From positions 2,914,001 through 2,978,000 of the forward strand of contig OX597838.1 in assembly GCA_951406725.2 (NCBI GenBank): a stretch of DNA of 64,000 nt, written 5' to 3'. Positions 54,606 to 64,000 of this stretch are shown piece by piece. The first letter of the stretch is position 1. The number at the start of each line of letters is the position of its first letter. Below the pieces are notes generated by a model. That model was not told the origin of the DNA. It made no database searches and saw nothing but the letters and a program-made list of their open reading frames with translations. This DNA comes from Octopus vulgaris (taxonomy: Eukaryota). Position numbers and translations under genes: made by a program.

Positions 54606-54952
54606 ACAATAAGCGCATAAATGTGAAACAAAGCGGGAAGAAATAGTACTCGAGTACCGGAGGTAGAGTAATATACTTTATTATTAAAATTTCAAAAACA
54701 TCACAATAAATTCACCCATAATTTTAGTTATAACTCTCATTTTATTGTTATCTTTTCAAGTTATAAGTAAAGCATTTCTTCTTTGACGTTTCGAGTTTAA
54801 ATATTTCTTCAAAAACTGAAGCGATAAAGAACAGACAAAAGAAAATATCCCGAAGTAAAAGAGAAATAAGTTAGTTTTGCGTAAAGCTATATATATCAAG
54901 GAAGACGAACGGACAGACAGGTAGGATAGATAGATAGATAGATAGATGGATG

Positions 54953-54990
<38 letters not shown>

Positions 54991-55015
54991 CAGATAGACA
55001 GACAGATAGACAGAC

Positions 55016-55101
<86 letters not shown>

Positions 55102-55167
55102 TTAAATCGATAGATAGAGAGAGAGAGTGTGTGTGTGTGCGTGAGAGAGAGAGAGAGAGAGAGGGAG

Positions 55168-55207
<40 letters not shown>

Positions 55208-55439
55208 GGACGGACGGACGGACGGACGGACGGACGGACGGACGGACGGACGGACGGACGGACGGACGGACGGACGGACGGACGGATGGATAGATAGATA
55301 GATACATACATGCAATATATACATACATACATATAAATGAATGTGTGTTTTTGGTTTATTGAAAGTCAAAGCATGTATGTAAGTATGCAAATATGTTTGT
55401 GTCTGTGCGCGCGCAAATGGTGCTGGTTTGTGTATGTGT

Positions 55440-55491
<52 letters not shown>

Positions 55492-55816
55492 ACGTAAGAG
55501 TGAGCGTGTGCGCATGCATGTGTGTATGTCTGTGTCCATACGTATATATGAGTGTATGTTTATATGAAGAACAGGCACCCCACCCACCTTCCATCACACT
55601 CCCCCTTCGCCCCTCCAGCCTTTCCCAGTTAATTGCCAGGTCTAACTACAGGTGTGTCCATTATTTTGGACACCGATCAATGTAACCTTGGCAACGGTAG
55701 CAAAGGTATCGATTGCTGATCCGACCGAAACCCATTGAAACCCACCCCCTACCCCTACCCTCCGCCTCCTACACACACACAACACCCTCGCCCACAACAC
55801 ATATACACACACGCAT

Positions 55817-55847
<31 letters not shown>

Positions 55848-56882
55848 TACACACATACATCTATACACACACATATACGCATGCATAGCCTTGACTAGAT
55901 ACGCTGTACAAGCATTTTTGCCATGCTCCAATTACGGAGCTTCTAGGTGATCGCTCGACCTGCTAAACATAGCAGCCAGACAGCTTTTTGTCTTGTGTAA
56001 GAAACCGGACACATTAAAGAAGAAGAAGAAGAACGAGCGGAGGATGGGAGAGGAAGAGGGGAGGAGATGCAGGAAAAGCAGGAGAAGAAGAAAGAAGGCC
56101 GAGGGGGAATGAGGAAGATGGAGAGGGAGAAGAAGACGAAGAAGAAGAAGAAGAAGAAGAAGAAGAAGGAGGAGGAGGAGGGGGAGGGAGTGAAAAACAG
56201 GAGGAAGGCAAAGGAGGAATGAGGATGATGGGGAGGGGGAGGAGGGGAGGGGGAGAAGAAGAAGAAGAAGAAGAAGAAGAAGAAGAAGAAGAAGAAGAAC
56301 AACAACAACAACAACAACAACAACAATAACGACGACGACGTTGACAATGCTGAAAAGGACTTGTTAGAGACACATAATACCAGTTATATATCAAGGGAAG
56401 GGAATCGGTTACAGCCGAGTGAAACCGACCCCCCCCCCCAGTACTTGTCTTCGGATAAAACAAAAGCTGACTCTATCCCCCGGCGAGATTCGAACCTGTA
56501 ACTTTGAAAGGGACATCACTATAAACACCACACTTGCATCCGCCATCCACCCGTAATATTTTTATTAACACAACGTGATTCCTTGGGTCTCTCTCTCTCT
56601 CTCTCTCTCTCTACCTCTCTCTCTCTCTACCGCTCTCTCTCTCTCTACCTCTCTATCTCTCTCTCTCTCTCTCTATCTGTCTTTCTCTGTGATTCCTTAA
56701 TCCACACCCGCGACCCTGCCGTCCACCCGAATCCTACCCGTTTCTAAAGTATTTAATCATGTCATCGAGTTTGTGTTGGCGGTTTAGGGTGAAATTAAAT
56801 TGTCGAAGCTTCGTCTAAGTCACTAATTATTGGAACTAATTAATATTTCACAGCATAACAGACGACAGCCTTTTAAAACCGG

Positions 56883-56903
56883 AGGTCAGAGGTCAGATTA
56901 ATC
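56883..56903 (+). promoter_or_regulatory. Perfect DR1 nuclear-receptor element next to palindromic GATTAATC
   Basis: AGGTCA-G-AGGTCA-GATTAATC; the motif is present but function is unproven. Confidence 0.35.
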
Positions 56904-57055
56904 TAACAGCTTCAATTACAACGTTTCGCTTCTTCTCCACAGAATTCACCTGTCATCGAAGTGGACAGCATTGTTATATATATACACTACCACCTCGTTA
57001 TTAATAGTACATATGTATACATACATATACATATACATACGTATATACATATATA

Positions 57056-57107
<52 letters not shown>

Positions 57108-57144
57108 TATATATATATGTCTATATATATATACATATATGTAT

Positions 57145-57175
<31 letters not shown>

Positions 57176-57196
57176 TATATATATACATACATACAT

Positions 57197-57246
<50 letters not shown>

Positions 57247-57448
57247 TATATATACACATATATATGTATTAATTAATACACGATTTTGTAATTATAGCAA
57301 CAAGGAGTTAGACAGATAGACATATGTTTGTATGTGTGTGTGTATGTGTGTTTATATATAGTTATGTAATTATATACAGAAACATAGAGAGAGAGAAACA
57401 GAGAGACAGAAGGGGAGAGAGACAGACAGACTGACAGATAGGCAGATT

Positions 57449-57491
<43 letters not shown>

Positions 57492-57674
57492 CACACACAC
57501 TCACACACACACTTAAATATATATATATATGTGTGTGTGTGTGCGTATGTGTATATGTATGTGCGTAGAATGATCAAGATTATAATACAGAAAATATATA
57601 GCGCAATATAAGACAATATTCGTGTGTGTGTGTGTTTGTTTGTTTGTATGTGTGTGTGTGTGTGTGTGTTTGTT

Positions 57675-57719
<45 letters not shown>

Positions 57720-57931
57720 GACACAAAACCAATCAAACATTTATTGACCAATCGTTGAATACATTTAAATCGTGAATCAATTTATTTTTACAGGGCAAAA
57801 AATTGACAGTCAACCATATACATACATACACACACATACATACATACATACATATATACATACACATATACACACATATATATATACATATATATATACA
57901 CGCGCATACATATATATATGCTTATATACAT

Positions 57932-58008
<77 letters not shown>

Positions 58009-58010
58009 CA

Positions 58011-58046
<36 letters not shown>

Positions 58047-58287
58047 TGTATGTATGTATGATTATATGATTATATTTTGAGGAGAAAAGTAATGACCGAC
58101 TTCGGTGTTTCGGCCTTCTTGCTCTCATCGAACTGTCCGATAAAGGTTAACCAGGCAGCAACTTCGAAATCACTGTCACCGCGCTTCTTGGAAAAAAAAA
58201 AAAAAAAAGAAGAAGAAATACGAATATTCTAACAAAAAAAGTATTGATCCTTCAGTTTCACGTAACAGCACATAAAGGTAAAAATTA

Positions 58288-58369
<82 letters not shown>

Positions 58370-58773
58370 ATGTGCGACCATGACGGGTGAACAACAGGAA
58401 CAATAACAGCAACAACAAAGGCGTAGCAGTTCCAATCCACGAACAGCCGACAGAGGCGTCAGATATCTTCTGAAAGAATTGTCATCAGCTGTAGAATTGT
58501 GAATAATGCATTTGTTGTAGACATACTAAAGACCCCGTCTTCATCCTGGGTACGTCAGCCTCGTAGACGTATATCTTTTATGAACGGCTTTTGTTTGTTG
58601 GGAGTTTTTTCTTTCTTCTTTGGTTTTGCATTTTTTTTCTTTTTCTTGGATTTTTTATTTTGATATGTTTTTTGTCATCTGATTGGATTTTCGATGTATT
58701 TGACTTCAGGAATATAACAATGGATTCGAAGACCATTCTGGATTATTCTGAGGTGTGATATTGGCAGATATAT

Positions 58774-58808
<35 letters not shown>

Positions 58809-59321
58809 TGGATGGATGGATGGATGGATGGATGGATAAATAGATAGATATACAACATATATATATTTATCATCATCATCATCATCGTCGTCATTTATAC
58901 ACACATATATATACACACATACACACACACACTAACACAAACACACGCACATAATATTAATATATATATGAAAGTAAAAAAAAGTGTATTTTAAGACGAT
59001 GGCCCCATCTCCCAAATTTACGCAAAATGCCTTGGTAAGCCCGAGGCATTAGTGGAAAACTCTTGGACCATTTGCTGAGCTGTGAAAATGGTAACGAAAC
59101 CATGTGGTTGAGAATCCGGATTCTTACCACGCTTATAAACAATTGCTTTCTCGTGTCGAGAATCGATCCCGCGTTCCTTGTATGAAATCTAGAAATCTTC
59201 TAACGAGTAAATTGACTTAGGAAATAAATTTCTTAATATTTTCAGACGCTGTATGGTAGGTTAAATGATTTTTCTCTATCGTTAATTGCCATTTCTAAAC
59301 CAATAGATTAATTCTCCATAT

Positions 59322-59354
<33 letters not shown>

Positions 59355-59514
59355 ACACTTTATATACACAAATATATGTACATCATACATTAGCATATGC
59401 ACATATGTGTGTGTGTGCGTTTGTGCGCTATCTATATGTATATATAAATATATAAACTCTGTCAATTCAACATACTGCTTGTGTGTAGTTGAAAGCCAGA
59501 ATGCGTGTGCATAT

Positions 59515-59583
<69 letters not shown>

Positions 59584-59782
59584 TATATGTGTGTAAATAT
59601 ATGTATATATATATATGTGTGTGTGTGTATAAAATTTGTAAAATATACATATATATAATATGTATATTATATATGTGCAACATACATCTAATATATAAAT
59701 GATAAATATGCATAATTACATATTATATAATTATATATATATATGTATATATATATTTATATATATTTATGTATACATATAC

Positions 59783-59813
<31 letters not shown>

Positions 59814-60088
59814 CATATATACATACATATATACATACACACTCAGACACACACACTCAGACGCACACACACACACGCAGTGTAAACGAGACGGAACACG
59901 TATGGTTGTGACCGCACGAAAACTAAATGAGACTCAATTAAGTTGAAACATTGCAACAACAACAAGAACAACACAAGACAATAAATATGGCGGCCATATC
60001 TAAATATTTCCACACCAGATCCTCTCAATAAATTCATTTATGTTGTTTATCACCACTAATACTAATGCCAATACTAACATTAAAAGTA

Positions 60089-60162
<74 letters not shown>

Positions 60163-60558
60163 TATGCGTGTGGTTGTTGTTATAGTATGACCGGTGTTGT
60201 AGTTGTCATGGCTACTGTTGCTAAGAATGTTGTCGTTGTAAGTTGTTGTTGTTGTTGTTGCTGTACTTTTAGTAGTAGCAGTCGTAGTATTTGTTACCGT
60301 TATTCCTTCCATTACTATCATGATCATCAACATCATCGTCATCATCATCATCAACATATTCATCGACGTCATCATTCTCATTTGTATTATGATCACCACC
60401 ACCCTTATTACCACCGTCATCATTATCCTCAACATCATTTTCATCACCATCACCCCCACCGCCACCATCATCATCATCATCATCATATTCTTCTTCTTCC
60501 TCTTCTTTTTCTTTCTTTCTTCAACTTTTTCTTTTTTCTTCTTCTTCTTATACTACTA

Positions 60559-60603
<45 letters not shown>

Positions 60604-60739
60604 CTACTACTACCTACTACCTCTACTACCCACCTTCCCGTGGTCGTACAGGGGTCATCAACAGAGACAATATTATTGCAGTTATATCTTTTGAATTTCC
60701 TGCGTCAAATTAAAAGAAACCAACGATAGGAAAAGAGAC

Positions 60740-60920
60740 GAAATGGCAGAATGGTTGGCGGTGCTTCGCCCGTCGCTACGTTCTGAGTTCAAATTCCGCC
60801 GAGGTCGATTTTGCCTTTCGTCCTTTCAGAGTCAATAAATTAAATAGCAGTGAAACTCTGGGGATCAATGTCATCGACTTATCCCCGCCCCAAAATGCCT
60901 TCTACCAAAATTTGAAACCA
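60740..60920 (+). mobile_element. SINE family B
   Basis: ctacgttctgagttcaaattccgccgaggtcgattttgcctttcgtcctttc. Confidence 0.85.
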
Positions 60921-60960
60921 CTATCATTATTATTATTGTTATTATTATTATTATTATTAT

Positions 60961-61014
<54 letters not shown>

Positions 61015-61039
61015 CAGCAGCAGCAGCAGTTGTAGTAGC

Positions 61040-61080
<41 letters not shown>

Positions 61081-61360
61081 AGTAACTACACTGTCGAAGG
61101 GATAAGCATAAAGGGATTTTAATGAAGTGGAACGCGGTGATACTGGGAGAGTAAAACAACCAGGTAGAGAGGCGGAGAGAGAGCTAGCAAGGGAGCTTGA
61201 AGGGGGAGGTGTGGTAGTGGTGGTACAGAAAGGGGAGATGGAGGAGGAAGCTCGAAGGAAGAGACTGGTTTGGTGATGGTGGTGGTCGCGTGCGTTGTTA
61301 ATGAAATCGATTGGGATTCTATGCCTGTGCGTGCGAAAGTGTGTAAATGCATACACATTA

Positions 61361-61408
<48 letters not shown>

Positions 61409-61411
61409 CAT

Positions 61412-61785
61412 GGAGGCGCAATGGCCCAGTGGTTAGGGCAGCGGACTCACGGTCATAGGATCGCGGTTTCGATTCCCAGACCGGGCGTTGTAAGTGTTTA
61501 TTGAGCGAAAACACCTAAAGCTCCACGAGGCTCCGGCAGGGATGGTGGTGATCCCTGCTGTACTCTTTCGCCAGAACTTTCTCTCACTCTTACTTCCTGT
61601 TTCTGTTGTACCTGTATTTCAAAGGGCCGGCCTTGTCACTCTCTGTGTCACGCTGAATATCCCCGAGAACTACGTTAAGGGTACACGTGTCTGTGGAGTG
61701 CTCAGCCACTTACACGTTAATTTCACGAGCAGGCTGTTCCGTTGATTCGGATCAACCGGAACCCTCGTCGTAACCGACGGAGTGC
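61412..61785 (+). mobile_element. SINE family C, full-length, in (TA)n
   Basis: A box TGGCCCAGTGG (61422), B-box-like GGTTTCGATTCC (61465), tail shared with 40411-40595. Confidence 0.9.
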
Positions 61786-61788
61786 TTC

Positions 61789-61845
<57 letters not shown>

Positions 61846-61901
61846 GTGAATATCGACGTATTGTAAATGCTTATGTGTACATTTATATTTGTTACAGCCT
61901 A

Positions 61902-61943
<42 letters not shown>

Positions 61944-62326
61944 ATACAACCCAACTTAATTTAATTCGTCCTTAGTCGAAAGACACCTGTTGTTATGTCC
62001 TGTTATTTATATTTGTGTAACATTTCTGCTTTTTTTCCCGTCCCTGTTTCGTATACATTCGCTGCTTTCTTCCAAGGAATCTAAAGCTCTTAGCTTAGTT
62101 TTTCCTTGGGGCTGGCCAGATTGGAGCAATATCGAGTATAACCAGCCGAAATTGCAAAGATAATCTGGAACTCGACTGAGGATGGAAAACTCCGAATGAT
62201 CCGAACTTGTTTTCCTTGTGTCGTCTGTCTGGATATTTTGTTTTCCTTTTTTGTTTCACCTAACTGTCTGGATGTTTTGTGTTCTTGTCCCATTTTTGTA
62301 TTTACTTATATATATATATATATATA

Positions 62327-62699
62327 TTTGCCTACCAACCACATGGTTCTGGGTTCAGTCCCACTGCGTGACATCTTGGGCAAGTGTCTTCTGCTATAGC
62401 CTCGGGCCGACCAATGCCTTGTGAGTTGATTTGGTAGACGGAAACTGAAAGAAGCCTGTCGTATATATATATATGTGTATGTATATGTTTGTATGTCTGT
62501 GTTTGTCCCTCTAGCATTGCTTGACAACCGATGCTGGTGTGTTTACATCCCCGTAACTTAGCGGTTCGGCAAAAGAGACCGATAGAATAAGTACTGGGCT
62601 TACAAAGAATAAGTCTTGGGGTCGATTTGCTCGACTAAAGGCGGTGCTCCATCATGGCCGCAGTCAAATGACTGAAACAAGTAAAAGAGTAAAAGAGTA
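62327..62699 (+). mobile_element. SINE family A, slightly 5'-truncated young copy
   Basis: Nearly identical to 2082-2490. Confidence 0.95.
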
Positions 62700-62925
62700 T
62701 ATATGCATGTGCGTATGTATGTATGTATCTATCTATCTATTTATGTATTTATATATGTATATGTGTGTTTTCATATAAGAAGACACCAAACGGATATTAC
62801 ACGTTTTCGTGAGTTTTTTATATATCAGAGGCGACTCCAGGTCATCAGCGTCACTCGGGCTCATAAATTTGCCTGCTCGAAGAATTACACGTTTTTCCGC
62901 AATATTTCTAGCCCCAATATTTCTA

Positions 62926-63141
62926 AGGCGGCGAGCTGGCAGAATCGTTAGCACGCCGGGCGAAATGCTTTGCGGTATTTCGTCCGCCGCTGCGTTCTGA
63001 GTTCAAATTCCGGCGAGGTCGACTTTGCCTTTCATCCTTTCGGGGTCGATAAATTAAGTACCAGTTACGCACTGGGGTCGTTGTAATCGACTTAATTCGT
63101 TTGTCCCCTCTATGTTTAGCCCCTTGTGGGTAATAAGAAAA
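62926..63141 (+). mobile_element. SINE family B, full-length
   Basis: aggcggcgagctggcagaatcgttagcacgccgggcgaaatgc...cccttgtgggtaataagaaa. Confidence 0.93.
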
Positions 63142-63740
63142 CAAATATTTCTTGCCCCAAATGGCTTATTATTTTTTTTAAATATCTAGCAATATGTCTT
63201 TCTCCATTTCTAAGTTAAAGGTACAAATAAAACACAACTGATCTTTACACACAGACGCACAGAATAACAGCAATCAAATAACGACAGCGGAGTGCACAAC
63301 AAACGTCAGCGATCTGACTGCCACCTGTACTCTTCACAAGAGATGGCACTTAGCCTTTTACACCTACAAGGCTCGTTCGAATTAGCTCGATTTGCTCGAT
63401 AGTTTTTGTTTTTTCTTTTAAGAATATTATAGAACGGAAAATTTTCATAGATTGGAATTTAAATCCTAATCTCTACAGAAATTTATTGTTTCAAGAAAAC
63501 ATTGAATTTGAATTACAAATGTTTTCTGCAATTTTACGCTGATTATGAGCACCTTCAGAAGGACCCACAATACGGCCGGTTTGAAGTTCTAACAGTTCCA
63601 GGCATTCTTTTGTACGTGGCATAATTACACAGTCACATGTAGAACCTGAAACATGAAAATGTCAATTAATAAAAAATATAAACCTTTTCAAATTAGTATA
63701 AACATAAAGCGATGTTTTATGAGGTTTCTATTTACTTCTG

Positions 63741-63796
<56 letters not shown>

Positions 63797-64000
63797 CTCG
63801 TGCAGATGTAGGCATACAGTTATGACAAAAGACACATACAATACTCATTTATTTTTATCAACTAAATTAAAAGTTACGATAAAAGTATTATCATAGTTAT
63901 GATAAATGTATTATTATGATTAATGACACTGAAAATATTAAAAATAAGACTAACTTCTAATTTTTTGGATAAAAATAAATGAGCATTGTACGTGTTTTCT

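Noticed and set aside
61412-61490. tRNA gene
   Set aside because: SINE head continuing into a repeat body; no proper cloverleaf or terminator
63320-63352. CTCF-like word and hairpin (tgccacctgt...agatggca)
   Set aside because: Partial match that could easily arise by chance

Overview
AT-rich eukaryotic non-coding DNA with very dense microsatellites ((TA)n, (CA)n, (GA)n, (GATA)n, (TAA)n, (CAG)n, (CAT)n). The repeat content suggests a coleoid cephalopod, probably Octopus; this is recalled family resemblance, not a database result. I found no supportable host protein-coding exon: nearly all ORFs in the track are translated microsatellites or SINE sequence. Supported content: about 30 copies or fragments of three tRNA-derived SINE families; a near full-length decayed mariner (D34D); two Penelope-like (GIY-YIG) relics; RTE, CR1/L2-like, Tx1/L1 and R4/Dong-like LINE fragments; a Gypsy gag-protease relic interrupted by a non-autonomous Helitron; a second Helitron-like element; and a 5S rRNA pseudogene directly followed by a SINE. 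The most notable unexplained signal is a dispersed set of about a dozen minimal hammerhead-ribozyme-like motifs. One has a canonical core, one subfamily shows stem covariation and a one-nucleotide core insertion, and one pair has a permuted order. Most lie in short unique islands embedded in (TA)n tracts. Other signals: microsatellite-specific nesting of retroelements, several fold-back palindromes and a candidate DR1/homeodomain enhancer. All coordinates were read by eye, and ends of decayed elements are approximate.
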